Source of the DNA: an uncultured Actinomycetes bacterium | GTDB taxonomy: Bacteria > Actinomycetota > UBA4738 > HRBIN12 | NCBI GenBank assembly: GCA_963728665.1 | Contig: CAVSLG010000006.1 | Coordinates: 36,072-100,071 of the forward strand | Reading direction: 5' to 3' | DNA length: 64,000 nt | Translations under genes and position numbers: made by a program | Notes under the pieces: model-generated | What the model saw: the letters and a program-made list of their open reading frames with translations, nothing else | What the model was told of the DNA's origin: nothing | Database searches by the model: none | In this document: one piece after another, positions 26,328 through 35,879 of the stretch | Position numbering within the stretch: position 1 is the first letter of the stretch | How the letters are laid out: each line of letters opens with the position of its first letter

Positions 26328-27013
26328 CTAGGGTCGGATCGTGCCACACAGGACGAGGGTCCGCCGCATCGCGCTCACGCTCCGAAGCGCCGGTCGAACG
26401 CGGCCACGTTCACCGCCGACCACCGGCTCGAGTCGGCGGAGCGCGTAATACGGTCGCCTCAATCCGGTGCGCGCTCGGCTCGACCGCGGAGGATGCAGAA
26501 CTCGTTGCCTTCGGGATCGGCGAGAACCAGCCAGCCGCTCCCATCCTCCCTGCGCAGGTCGTGCAGCGGTCTCGCGCCCAGGGCGACGACCCGTTCGATC
26601 TCGTCATCGCGGCCTCGGTCGGTTGGTTCCAGATCGAGGTGCGCCCGGTTCTTGGATCCCTTGCCCTCAGGAACCTCGACGAACAGGAGCCTGGGTTCTC
26701 CTTCGGGCCCGATGATCATGCACTCCTCGTCCCCGGGCTCGTTGGGATCATCTGGCACATCTGCGTATCCCAGCACCTGTTTCCAGAACGTCGAAAGCGC
26801 GAAGGCGTCGCGGCAATCGAACGTCGTGTGCGAGATCCGAGAGACCATGCATCGATGCTAGCGAGCGCGGGCGGATGGCGCGGCCCTCGCGAGGGTCGAG
26901 TCGCCCGCGCGGGCATTCGGGGTCACCCGGGCGGGCGTAGCATCGGGTCGTGGCGTACGACGAGCACCTCGCCGACCGCATCCGAGCGTTGCTCGAGGGC
27001 GAAGCCGGCCTGA
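25739..27013 (+). CDS. Standalone OLD-type TOPRIM domain protein (copy B) with lost stop codon; only 25739 to about 26327 is homologous
   Basis: The GTG start gives MTAGMFAATDASARTVVLVEGVSDRRALE...FFVCEADLEDELIRAL. An approx 40-nt deletion relative to copy A removes the stop. The frame then stays open to 27013, antisense to the VOC gene. Confidence 0.65.
   Translation: MTAGMFAATDASARTVVLVEGVSDRRALETLAARRGHDLASDGVAIVAMGGSKNVRYAVDRFGPAGLDLRLAGLVDAPEEGDYRRALERAGLALGPTRADLERLGFFVCEADLEDELIRALGPAGVEAILEARGDLSTFRTLQRQPAQRGRPIEAQLRRFMGTRSGRKEAYATYLVEALDLADMPRPLDLVVRRVAPRVGSCHTGRGSAASRSRSEAPVERGHVHRRPPARVGGARNTVASIRCALGSTAEDAELVAFGIGENQPAAPILPAQVVQRSRAQGDDPFDLVIAASVGWFQIEVRPVLGSLALRNLDEQEPGFSFGPDDHALLVPGLVGIIWHICVSQHLFPERRKREGVAAIERRVRDPRDHASMLASAGGWRGPREGRVARAGIRGHPGGRSIGSWRTTSTSPTASERCSRAKPA
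26459..26848 (-). CDS. VOC (glyoxalase/bleomycin-resistance/dioxygenase) family protein
   Basis: 129 aa. ISHTTFDCRDAFALSTFWKQVLGY...NRAHLDLEP...DPEGNEFCI. Confidence 0.8.
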   Translation of the reverse strand: MVSRISHTTFDCRDAFALSTFWKQVLGYADVPDDPNEPGDEECMIIGPEGEPRLLFVEVPEGKGSKNRAHLDLEPTDRGRDDEIERVVALGARPLHDLRREDGSGWLVLADPEGNEFCILRGRAERAPD

Positions 27014-27285
27014 CCGAGAAGCAGATGTTCGGCGGGCTCGCGTTCCTGATCGGCGGGAACATGGCCGTTGCCGCGAGCGGTCAGGGCGGTCTGCTGGTGC
27101 GCGCCGACCCCGAGACCTCCGACGGCCTGCTCACGTCGACTGGCGTCCGGCTCATGGAGATGCGTGGCCGGCAGATGCAGGGCTGGCTGCGCGTGGACGA
27201 CGATGCCGTGCGCACGAAGCGCCAACTCGAGAAGTGGGTGCAGGTCGGCGCCGGGTACGCAAGGACGCTGCCGCCGAAGCGGTAA
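26950..27285 (+). CDS. TfoX/Sxy N-terminal domain family protein
   Basis: 111 aa with a GTG start. LTEKQMFGGLAFLIGGNMAVAASGQGGLLVR matches the TfoX_N pattern. Confidence 0.75.
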   Translation: MAYDEHLADRIRALLEGEAGLTEKQMFGGLAFLIGGNMAVAASGQGGLLVRADPETSDGLLTSTGVRLMEMRGRQMQGWLRVDDDAVRTKRQLEKWVQVGAGYARTLPPKR

Positions 27286-27376
27286 CCGGTTCCTCGAGGG
27301 CGGGCGATACGGAGCCCGGATGATCCGATCCGCCGGCGCGATGCAACGCTGCGGCCCGCTCGAGGATTGATGTCAT

Positions 27377-27901
27377 GTGCGGACGGTGGGAACGGTGAAG
27401 CGCGACGACGCCGGTGGGCCGCCGGATTTCGAGGACTTCTATCGGACGGAGTTCCCGAGTCTGATGCGGGCGCTGTTCCTGCTCGTGCCCGATGCGAACG
27501 AAGCGCAGGAGCTCGCGCAGGAGGCGATGGTCAGGGTGTACGAGCGTTGGGACCGGGTGTCGGGCATGGCGTCGCCCAGCGGCTACCTCTACCGGGTGGC
27601 GACGAACCTGAACCGCCGTCGGATCCGCTCACTGGCCGTGCGAACCCGCCGGCTGCGCACGCTCGGGGCGGGGCTGCGTGACGTGGAGATCGATCCGGGC
27701 CGCCGTGACCTCATCGACGCGATCTCGTCGCTCTCGGTCCGCCTGCGTGAGGCGTTCATGCTCGTCGACTGGCTGGGCATGAGCTCACACGAGGCGGCGC
27801 ACATCTTGCACATCACGCCGGCGTCGGTGCGCAGCCGCGTGCACCGAGCGCGGCGGGAGCTGCGCGCCCGATTGCTTGCGGAGGGCGACGACGATGGATG
27901 A
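27377..27901 (+). CDS. ECF (sigma-70 family) RNA polymerase sigma factor
   Basis: 174 aa. AQELAQEAMVRVYERWDRV is region 2. LSVRLREAFMLVDWLGMSSHEAAHILHITPASVRSRVHRARRELR is region 4. Confidence 0.85.
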   Translation: MRTVGTVKRDDAGGPPDFEDFYRTEFPSLMRALFLLVPDANEAQELAQEAMVRVYERWDRVSGMASPSGYLYRVATNLNRRRIRSLAVRTRRLRTLGAGLRDVEIDPGRRDLIDAISSLSVRLREAFMLVDWLGMSSHEAAHILHITPASVRSRVHRARRELRARLLAEGDDDG

Positions 27902-29054
27902 CCTGATCGAACGGCTGCGCCGAGACCTCGACGACCTCGCGCCTTCGCCCGCGCCCCTCGTCGACCTTCGGGAACGAGCCGCCCGACGGGCGCGTCATCG
28001 ACGGGTTGGGGCGGGCGTGCTCGGCGTCGCGGTGGCCGTCGCCCTGATGGCAGGGGCGTGGGTGTTGGCCGATCGCGAAGGGGAGAGGGCGACGGCGCCC
28101 GCGACGCCGGCCCCCGATGCACACACCGACCGGCTGTTCCTCTCGGGCGACGGCGAGGCATGGGTGGTCGACCCCTCGAGCGAGACGGCGAGGCACCTCC
28201 GGATGCCGGAACTTCCACCCGGCGACGCGCCCTATCGGGTCGTGCGCCGAGCCGACGCGTTGGTCGCGTGGGCGTACCGAACGCTCGTGGTGCATCCCGG
28301 GAACGAACCGACCTTCGACGTGCTCGTGCGCGATTCGCTGTTCTTCATCCCGTCGTCGGCACCCGATCGCGTGTGGGTCGGTATCGTCGACGAGTCGCAA
28401 GACGACGGCCGGTTGACCGCGGTCCGCGAGGTGGCGATCGACGGCCGGGTGACCGTGCCCGACACCCGTCCGCCGGACGGCGCGTGGCCCGTCGCCGCCG
28501 TCGACGGGAACCTCGTGTTCCAGCGGAGCGGCAACCTGCTCGTGTGGGACCCGCAGACCGGTCGCGAGGTCGACCGGTTGCCTGGCCAGCTCCCGGTCGC
28601 ATGGCAAGGGCCGCTCCTGGCCTGGTGCGACGGCGCGTGCCGATCCCTGAACGTGAAGGACATGAGCTCGGGCGAAGCGCTGATCGCCGAACCCCCAGTC
28701 GGCGCCACGGGGTTCGAAGCCCTCCACGGGGCATTCTCACCCGACGGCCGCACACTGGCCGTGGCATTTCGTCTCGGAGACGGAGAGGAAGCCGGACGTC
28801 AGCTCGCGCTGATCGACGTCGACACCGGTCGGACCACGGTCGTCGACGAGGCGACGGTCCCGACGCCCTACGTCTTCATCGATTGGGCGCCGTCGGGCGA
28901 CACCGTGTTCATCACCGGGGGACAGCTCGCCGGACGCCGCCAGATCGTCGAGTACCGCGTCGGCGAGGCCGAGGCGCACGTCCTCGACGTCTCCGTCGGC
29001 GACTTCTACGGCATGGCGACGTTCCGAGACGCGACGGAGGTCGCGACTGGCTGA
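27894..29054 (+). CDS. Single-pass membrane protein with TolB-like beta-propeller region, partner of the ECF sigma factor
   Basis: ATG 27894 overlaps the sigma gene end by 8 nt. The TM is RRVGAGVLGVAVAVALMAGAWVL. Propeller-like motifs include FSPDGRTLAVAF and IDWAPSGDTVFITGG. Confidence 0.6.
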   Translation: MDDLIERLRRDLDDLAPSPAPLVDLRERAARRARHRRVGAGVLGVAVAVALMAGAWVLADREGERATAPATPAPDAHTDRLFLSGDGEAWVVDPSSETARHLRMPELPPGDAPYRVVRRADALVAWAYRTLVVHPGNEPTFDVLVRDSLFFIPSSAPDRVWVGIVDESQDDGRLTAVREVAIDGRVTVPDTRPPDGAWPVAAVDGNLVFQRSGNLLVWDPQTGREVDRLPGQLPVAWQGPLLAWCDGACRSLNVKDMSSGEALIAEPPVGATGFEALHGAFSPDGRTLAVAFRLGDGEEAGRQLALIDVDTGRTTVVDEATVPTPYVFIDWAPSGDTVFITGGQLAGRRQIVEYRVGEAEAHVLDVSVGDFYGMATFRDATEVATG

Positions 29055-29164
29055 GCGCTCGAGGATCGTGAACTGATAGCCGTATGGTTCGCGAGCCCGT
29101 AGGTCGCTGGAAGACCGCAAACACGATCAAGTCGCAACCGCGACGGCTGCCGCATCATGGCGAC

Positions 29165-29989
29165 ATGCGGATGGGCGTGATCCTTCCGGGCGGCACGGCG
29201 ACCGAGCAGCTCGAGCTCGCGCTGATCGCCGAGCGCGAGGGCTGGGACGGCGTGTTCGTCTGGGAGGCGGCCTACGGGGTCGACGCGTGGGGGCTCCTCT
29301 CGGCGATCGCCACTCGAACCTCGCGGATCCGCCTCGGCACGCTCCTCACGCCGCTGCCCTGGCGACGTCCCTGGAAAGTGGCGAGCCAGGTCGCCACGCT
29401 CGATCAGCTCTCCGAGGGCCGGGCGATCCTCACCGTCGGGCTCGGGGCCGTGGCGCCCGACCTGCCCGACACGAGCGAACCGACCGATCTGCGCGAGCGG
29501 GCCGCTCGGCTCGACGAGGGCATCGACCTGATCCGTGCCCTCTGGGACGGCGGCTCGAGCTACCGGGGCCGCTGGTACACGTTCGACCTCGTTCGTGACG
29601 AGCAGATGCGCGTCGCTCGACCGGTGCAGGAACGCATCCCGATCTGGGTGGTAGGACTCTGGCCGCGTGAGCGGTCGATGACTCGGGTGGTTCGCTGCGA
29701 CGGCATCGTGCCGCAGTTCGACCTCGGGGAACGGGAACCGTCTCCGAACGACATCCGGGACCTGCGCGCCTGGCTCGGGGATCACGGCGCGTCGAACGAC
29801 CTCGACGTGATCGGCGAGGGCGAGACGCCGGGCGAGGATCCTCGGGAAACGAAGGACACCGTGGCTCCATGGGCAGACGCCGGATGCACGTGGTGGCTCG
29901 AGACCCGATGGGAGATGCCGCACCACGCTCCGGAACGCCTGGCGCAGGTGCGGGAACGACTCGAGGCCGGACCGCCGAGGCTGGCATGA
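29165..29989 (+). CDS. Luciferase-like monooxygenase (LLM) family oxidoreductase
   Basis: From ATG 29165. Motifs AEREGWDGVFVWE, RIRLGTLLTPLPWRRPWKVASQVATLDQLSEGRAILTVGLG. Confidence 0.8.
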   Translation: MRMGVILPGGTATEQLELALIAEREGWDGVFVWEAAYGVDAWGLLSAIATRTSRIRLGTLLTPLPWRRPWKVASQVATLDQLSEGRAILTVGLGAVAPDLPDTSEPTDLRERAARLDEGIDLIRALWDGGSSYRGRWYTFDLVRDEQMRVARPVQERIPIWVVGLWPRERSMTRVVRCDGIVPQFDLGEREPSPNDIRDLRAWLGDHGASNDLDVIGEGETPGEDPRETKDTVAPWADAGCTWWLETRWEMPHHAPERLAQVRERLEAGPPRLA

Positions 29990-30906
29990 GCACCGTGCGC
30001 ACCGACACGTTCGCGACGTTCATCGACGTGCTGGCCGAGAGCCTCGACGACCACGACGCCTCGGGCGACGAGCTCGCCGCCCGGCTGCACCTGTCGCGGT
30101 TCCACTTCGACCGGATGATCTCCGCCGCCGCCGGCGAGCCCCCGGCCGCGCTCCGTCGTCGCGTGCTGCTGGAGCGCGCGGCGTACCGGCTCGTGACGAC
30201 CGACCGCACCGTGCTCGACGTCGCGGTCGAGGCCGGATACTCGTCGCACGAGGCGTTCACCCGGGCGTTCACCCGCGCCTACGGGACGTCTCCCACCGAG
30301 TGGCGGCGACATCCCACGCGGTTCCAGCTCGACGCTCCGAGCGACGTGCACTTCCATCCACCGGGACGCCTGAGGTTCCCGGCACGCGGAAAGGTGGGAA
30401 CGATGGATCTGTTGCAGGCGATGGTGCGGCATCACGTCTGGCTCGTCGGCGAGATGATCGACCGTGCTGCCACCCTGAGCGACGAGCGTCTCGACGAGCC
30501 GATCGAGATCTCGGTCGAGGGCGTCGACGACGATCCGACGATGCGGTCGCTGCTCTCACGCCTCGTCGGACAGATGGCGATGTGGAACGCGACGATCGAC
30601 GCCCGCCCCTACGACTTCGACGTCGAGCGCGGCGAATCGATCGGATCGATGCGCGCGCGGCTCGCGACGGAGGGCACGGCCTTCCTCGAGACGGTCGGCG
30701 AGACCGCCGAGCAGGGACGTCTCGACGAGACGTTCGTCGACGCCCTGTGCGAGCCGCCGGTGGTCATGACCTACGGCGGCATGATCGCGCACGTGCTGAC
30801 GTTCGCCGCCCACCGCCGCACGCTCGTGGCGGGGGCACTGGTCGACGCCGGGATCACCGATCTCGGAGCGGGCGACCCGCTGTACTGGGTGGCCGACGCG
30901 AGCTAG
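29986..30906 (+). CDS. AraC-family HTH regulator fused to a DinB-like C-terminal domain
   Basis: ATGA overlap with the LLM gene. LHLSRFHFDRMISAAAGEPP...VLDVAVEAGYSSHEAFTRAFTRAYGTSPTEWRR is the AraC HTH pair. The C-terminal half is helical and DinB-like. Confidence 0.75.
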   Translation: MSTVRTDTFATFIDVLAESLDDHDASGDELAARLHLSRFHFDRMISAAAGEPPAALRRRVLLERAAYRLVTTDRTVLDVAVEAGYSSHEAFTRAFTRAYGTSPTEWRRHPTRFQLDAPSDVHFHPPGRLRFPARGKVGTMDLLQAMVRHHVWLVGEMIDRAATLSDERLDEPIEISVEGVDDDPTMRSLLSRLVGQMAMWNATIDARPYDFDVERGESIGSMRARLATEGTAFLETVGETAEQGRLDETFVDALCEPPVVMTYGGMIAHVLTFAAHRRTLVAGALVDAGITDLGAGDPLYWVADAS

Positions 30907-30966
30907 ACCGCCGACACCTCCCCGGGCTCCGGCCTACGATGGTGCGAACCGGACGAGGTCGCCGAC

Positions 30967-33801
30967 GTGGAAGCGATCGATCACAACCACATCCTCGGGC
31001 GAGAGCGCGAGTTGGCCGAGATCCATCGGTTCATCCGGTCCGTCGTCGCCCGTCCTCGCGCACTCATCCTCGAAGGGAGCGCCGGCATCGGCAAGACCAC
31101 GCTGTGGCAGGCCGGGGCGGCGTCGGCGCGGGCCTCCGGGGCGCTCGTGATGTCGTCGCGCGCCGCCGAGAGCGAGGCGACGCTGTCGTACTCGGCGCTC
31201 GGCGACCTGTTCGAGGGAGCGGTCGACGAGGCGATGACAGACCTGCCCGCGCCGCAACGGCGAGCGCTCGAGGCCGCGCTCATGCGCTCGGGACCCGAGG
31301 CGACGCTGGATCGCCGCGCGATCTCCCTCGCCTCGCTGGGTGTCGTCCGATCGCTCGCGCTGGAGTCTCCCGTCGTGATCGCGATCGACGACGTGCAGTG
31401 GCTCGATACGCCGTCCGCCCGCGTGCTGACCTTCATGCTCCGACGGCTGCAGCACGAGGCGGTCAGCGTGCTCGCATCGCTCCGACTCGGATCGGGTGCA
31501 TCGGCGGAACGGGTCGATGTCGAAGGGGCGCTCGGCTTCGACCGCGTCCAACGCCTCCGGGTCGGCCCGCTCTCGCAGGAGTGGCTGGGGCGGTTGCTGC
31601 GCGAGCGGATGGGCCTCGACCTGAGTCGTCCGGTCATCCTCCGCATCCACGCGATCACGCAGGGGAGTCCGCTGTTCGCTCTGGAGACCGCCCGCGAGCT
31701 CGTCAGGACTGGCGATCGCCCCGACCTCGCTGATCAACTCCCCGTGCCCGACGATCTCCGCGAGCTGCTCGCGGCCCGCATCGAGAGCCTTCCGCCATCG
31801 ACGCGCGATCCTCTGCTGGTGGTCGCGGCGGCGTCGCACCCCACCCTGGATCTGGTGCGTGTCACGAGCGATCGGCCGGAACGCGCGCTCGAGGGTGTCG
31901 CTGCCGCGCAGGCGGCGGGTGTCGTCGAAGCGGTCGACGGCAGGCTGCGCTTCTCGCACCCGCTCCTCGGGTCCACCGTGTACGCGAGCGCCACCTCGGA
32001 CGAACGACGATCGCTCCACCGGCGGCTCTCGGAGCGACTCTCCGATCGGGAGGAACGGGCGAGGCACCTCGCGCTGGCGACGACACATCCGGATGCTCAT
32101 GTCGCGTCGGTCCTCGAGGCCGCGGCCCGGTACGCGCGGGCGCGGGGAGCCCCCGATGCGGCCGCGGAGCTCATGGACCTCGCCATGGGGCTGACACCCT
32201 TCGGCGACGCGGAGGAGCTCCGACGGCGCCGGCTCGACGGCTCGGGCTACCACTTCGACGCCGGTGACGCCTCGCGGGCGAACGAGCTCCTCGAGCGCGC
32301 GATCGACGACTCGCCGCCCGGCACCGCCCGGGCCGCGCTCCTCTATCGCCTGTCGTCGATGAGCTGGATGGATCTCGAGCGGGGCGTGCGAACCCCCCTC
32401 GAGCGGGCGCTCCCGGAGGCCACCGGCGACGCGGAGCTGCTCGGTGGGATCCACCTCGACCTGGCGTGGGTCGACCTGTATCAAGCGGATCTCGACGCCG
32501 CGCTCGCGCATGCGCAGGCTTCGGTCGACCACGCGGAGCACGTCGACGACCCAGCGACCAGGGGCGACGCCCTCGCCACGCTCGGGATGGTCCGGTTCCT
32601 TCGAGGCGACCCGGACGCCCCGATGATGTCGCTCGCCGTCGAGCTCCAGGACGCGGCGATGGAGGGATCGTCGTGGACCGAAGCGTCGGTCTACACGACC
32701 CCGCGATCGATCCTCGGCCTACAGCTGATGTGGTCGGGAGCGCTGCTCGATGCGCGGGCGACGCTCGAGTACGAGCTCGCCGAGTACGAGCGGCTCGGGA
32801 TGTACACGGTGCGGCAGGAGGTGCTGTGCTACCTGGCCGAGCTCGAGTGCCGGGCGGGTCGCTACGAGATCGGGGCGGCGTACGCGGCGGATGCGGCCGA
32901 GACGATCGCCGAGTCGGGAATGGCGGCGAGCCAGACGCACGTCGTGCGGTTCAACCAGGCGCTCGCCGCCGCCTACCTGGGACGGGTGGAAGAGGCCCGC
33001 AGCCTGGCGACGGAAGGGCTCGAGCTCGCTCGAGCCAACGACGACGCGTTCAACGGTGCCTGGAACGGCGCTGTCCTCGGGTTCCTCGAGCTGTCGCTGG
33101 GACAGAACGCCCGCGCCCACGACCATCTCGAGCCGGTCGTGGCGTACCTCGATCGGATGGATGCGTTCGAGCCGGGGATCATCCCGTGCGTGCCGGACGA
33201 CGTCGAGGCGCTCATCGCGCTCGACGCCCTCGACGAGGCGAGCGCGGTCCTGGCTCGGTTCGCTCGGAAGGCCGAGGCCGCCGACCGGCCATGGGCCCTG
33301 GCCGCGTCGTTGCGATGTCGGGGCGCGCTGGCTGCGGCCCAGGGTGACCGGGACGGTGCACGGTCGTTGCTCGACGATGCGCTCGCGCAGCACGGCCGAG
33401 CCTCCCAGCCGTTCGAGACCGCTCGGACCCTGCTGCTCCGGGGGATCGTCGAGCGCCGTTCGAAGCAGAAGCGAGCGGCACGTGAGTACCTCGAGGACGC
33501 GGTCACGACGTTCGACGAGCTCCGGGCACCCCTGTGGTCGTCGAGGGCCCGAACCGAGCTTGCCCGGGCCGGCGGTGCGCCCGACGCCTCGGCGGCGCTC
33601 ACCCCCACGGAGGAGCGCGTGGCTCACCTCGTCGCGGAGGGAAAGACCAACCGGGAGGTGGCGGGCGAACTGTTCGTCAGCGTGAAGACGGTCGAAGCGA
33701 ACCTCACCCGGATATTCCACAAGCTCGGCGTCAGGTCTCGGGCAGAGCTGATCCGTCGAGACGCGAGGGGATCCGTCGAGGAACCCGGCGCCCGTGGCTG
33801 A
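30967..33801 (+). CDS. LuxR-family (LAL/MalT-like) regulator: AAA ATPase - TPR-like repeats - LuxR HTH
   Basis: 944 aa with a GTG start. Walker A is LILEGSAGIGKTTLW and Walker B is VVIAIDDVQWLD. The C-terminal HTH is LTPTEERVAHLVAEGKTNREVAGELFVSVKTVEANLTRIFHKLGV. Confidence 0.9.
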   Translation: MEAIDHNHILGRERELAEIHRFIRSVVARPRALILEGSAGIGKTTLWQAGAASARASGALVMSSRAAESEATLSYSALGDLFEGAVDEAMTDLPAPQRRALEAALMRSGPEATLDRRAISLASLGVVRSLALESPVVIAIDDVQWLDTPSARVLTFMLRRLQHEAVSVLASLRLGSGASAERVDVEGALGFDRVQRLRVGPLSQEWLGRLLRERMGLDLSRPVILRIHAITQGSPLFALETARELVRTGDRPDLADQLPVPDDLRELLAARIESLPPSTRDPLLVVAAASHPTLDLVRVTSDRPERALEGVAAAQAAGVVEAVDGRLRFSHPLLGSTVYASATSDERRSLHRRLSERLSDREERARHLALATTHPDAHVASVLEAAARYARARGAPDAAAELMDLAMGLTPFGDAEELRRRRLDGSGYHFDAGDASRANELLERAIDDSPPGTARAALLYRLSSMSWMDLERGVRTPLERALPEATGDAELLGGIHLDLAWVDLYQADLDAALAHAQASVDHAEHVDDPATRGDALATLGMVRFLRGDPDAPMMSLAVELQDAAMEGSSWTEASVYTTPRSILGLQLMWSGALLDARATLEYELAEYERLGMYTVRQEVLCYLAELECRAGRYEIGAAYAADAAETIAESGMAASQTHVVRFNQALAAAYLGRVEEARSLATEGLELARANDDAFNGAWNGAVLGFLELSLGQNARAHDHLEPVVAYLDRMDAFEPGIIPCVPDDVEALIALDALDEASAVLARFARKAEAADRPWALAASLRCRGALAAAQGDRDGARSLLDDALAQHGRASQPFETARTLLLRGIVERRSKQKRAAREYLEDAVTTFDELRAPLWSSRARTELARAGGAPDASAALTPTEERVAHLVAEGKTNREVAGELFVSVKTVEANLTRIFHKLGVRSRAELIRRDARGSVEEPGARG

Positions 33802-33894
33802 CGCATAGGGTCATCCCCGATTCCTCGGGACGCTCCAGGCCGTACGTTCGCTGTGCTCAGGTTGGTCGGATGGATGCGAACGGAAGGAGATGTC

Positions 33895-34125
33895 ATGGAC
33901 GGATCCTCGCACTCGGTGGTCGTGGCTCCCGTACCGAAGATGCAGAACGCTCGGGCGTTGATCATCGGCCTGATCGTCGTCGCCACGCTCCTCGCCAGCT
34001 TCACGGTCGGCCGACTGACCGCTCGATCGGACGATGGGACTCCCGCCGGCTCGGGCTCGTCGCAGGTGGTCGTCAACGACGCCGGCGGCCCTCCGCTGCG
34101 CGACGGCAACGTGAAACGGGGATGA
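33895..34125 (+). CDS. Small single-TM hypothetical protein
   Basis: ATG 33895 follows GGAGA. The TM is ALIIGLIVVATLLASFTVG. No homology recognised. Confidence 0.4.
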   Translation: MDGSSHSVVVAPVPKMQNARALIIGLIVVATLLASFTVGRLTARSDDGTPAGSGSSQVVVNDAGGPPLRDGNVKRG

Positions 34126-34155
34126 CCACGCGAGAGACGGCTGAGACAGCCCGGA

Positions 34156-34944
34156 TCAGCGCGCCGCCGGACCCCGCTCGTAGAGCTTCTTCGCCCAGAG
34201 GTAGCCGACGACGCCGATCGCCACGCACCACACCACGCTGATCACCGCGCTCGGGCCGATCGCCGCGCCCATCAGCAGCCCGCGCAGCGTCTCGATGAAC
34301 GGCGTGAACGGCTGCCACTCCGCGAACCACCGGAGGCCCGCCGGCATCGACTCGACCGGCACGAACCCGCTGCTGAGGAACGGCAGCAGGATCAGCGGCA
34401 TCGGCAGGTTGCTGGCCGCTTCGACGCTCTCGGGAGCGAGCCCGAGCGCCACCGACAACCACGTGATCGCGAGGGTGATCAGCAGCAGGAGACCGCCGGC
34501 CGCCACCCACTCGACCACGCTCGAGTCGGGCCGGAAGCCCACCAGCACCGCGACGCCGAACACGACCACGAGGCCGCCCATCGTCTGGAGCGTGCTGCCG
34601 AGCACATGTCCCACGAGCACCGACGCACGCGCGATGCCCATCGTGCGGAACCTCGCGATGATGCCCTCTTGCATGTCCATCGCGGCGGAGATCGCGGTAC
34701 CCTGCGCGGCGCCCGCGATCGCGATCAGCACGATCGCAGGGGTGACGTAGTCGACGTACGCGTCACGACCAGAGGCGGCGATGCCCAGTCCGTCTCCGAG
34801 CGTGCCGCCGAACACGTACACGAACAGCAGCAGGAGGATCACCGGGATCCCGACCACGAGCAGCGAGACGGACGGGAAGCGCACCATGTGCCGGAAGTTC
34901 CGGCGCAGCATCGTGGCCGAGTCCTGGATCACGTAGGCGCTCAT
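34156..34944 (-). CDS. ABC-2 type transporter permease (DrrB-like)
   Basis: 262 aa with 6 TM helices. ATGA overlap with the ATPase gene. Confidence 0.9.
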   Translation of the reverse strand: MSAYVIQDSATMLRRNFRHMVRFPSVSLLVVGIPVILLLLFVYVFGGTLGDGLGIAASGRDAYVDYVTPAIVLIAIAGAAQGTAISAAMDMQEGIIARFRTMGIARASVLVGHVLGSTLQTMGGLVVVFGVAVLVGFRPDSSVVEWVAAGGLLLLITLAITWLSVALGLAPESVEAASNLPMPLILLPFLSSGFVPVESMPAGLRWFAEWQPFTPFIETLRGLLMGAAIGPSAVISVVWCVAIGVVGYLWAKKLYERGPAAR

Positions 34945-35879
34945 CGCCGATCTCCTTCCCGCGCGTCGCCCGTCAGCGCCAGGAACACCTCGTCCAGGTC
35001 AGGCTCGTGCACGGAGACGCGCTCGGCATCGATCGAGCCGGACCGCAGCCGGTCGAGCACGTCGTGCACCGACGCCGCCAGCCCGTCGCTGGGGATCTGC
35101 AGGGTCAGCCCGCCGTCGTCGGCGACCGACCCGGGGAACGCGGCGGCGGCGGCATCGAGCGCGAGCACGTCGGCGAATCCGACGCGGATCGACCCGCCCG
35201 GCATGCGACGCTTCAGCTCGTCGGGCGTGCCCTCGGCGATCACGCGTCCGCGGTCCATCACCGCGACCCGACCGGCGAGCCGGTCGGCTTCCTCGAGGTA
35301 GTGGGTCGTGAGGAAGATCGTCGTGCCGCCGGTGACAAGCTCCTGCACGATGCCCCAGACCTCGCGGCGGCTGCGCGGGTCGAGCCCCGTCGTGGGCTCG
35401 TCGAGGAAGATGATGCGGGGGTCGCCGACCAGGGTCATCGCGAGGTCGAGACGCCGGCGCATACCCCCCGAGTAGGTCACGGCGGGCTTGCCGGCCGCCT
35501 CGGACAGATCGAAGCGTTCGAGGAGCCCGGCGACGCGACGCCGGCCCTCGTCGCGCGAGAGGTGACAGAGGTCGGCCATCAGCCTCAGGTTCTCCTCGCC
35601 CGTGAGCAGGCCGTCGACCGCGGAGAACTGGCCGGTGACGCCGATCGCGGCCCGGACGGCGTCGGGCTCGCGCGCGACGTCGTGGCCGGCGACGCGTGCC
35701 TCACCCGCATCGGGCTCGATCAGCGTCGAGAGCACGTGCACGGTCGTGGTCTTCCCGGCGCCGTTCGGCCCGAGCAGGGCGAAGACCGTGCCGGCCTCCA
35801 CGTGCAGGTCGATGCCGTCGAGCGCCATCGTCGAACCGAACGACTTCCGCAGGCCCGTGACCTCCAGCGCGGCTGTCAC
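34941..35879 (-). CDS. ABC transporter ATP-binding protein (DrrA-like)
   Basis: Walker A LLGPNGAGKTTT, signature YSGGMRRRL and Walker B IIFLDEPTTGLD. Confidence 0.92.
   Translation of the reverse strand: MTAALEVTGLRKSFGSTMALDGIDLHVEAGTVFALLGPNGAGKTTTVHVLSTLIEPDAGEARVAGHDVAREPDAVRAAIGVTGQFSAVDGLLTGEENLRLMADLCHLSRDEGRRRVAGLLERFDLSEAAGKPAVTYSGGMRRRLDLAMTLVGDPRIIFLDEPTTGLDPRSRREVWGIVQELVTGGTTIFLTTHYLEEADRLAGRVAVMDRGRVIAEGTPDELKRRMPGGSIRVGFADVLALDAAAAAFPGSVADDGGLTLQIPSDGLAASVHDVLDRLRSGSIDAERVSVHEPDLDEVFLALTGDAREGDRR

Noticed and set aside
10712-26330. Composite transposon or mobile island bounded by the TOPRIM direct repeats
   Set aside because: There is no transposase, integrase, tRNA attachment site or terminal inverted repeat. 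The repeat boundaries coincide with the gene itself.
25739-27013. A genuine 424-aa TOPRIM fusion protein
   Set aside because: Homology to copy A ends at about codon 195. The extension results from a deletion of the stop codon and overlaps a real VOC gene on the other strand.
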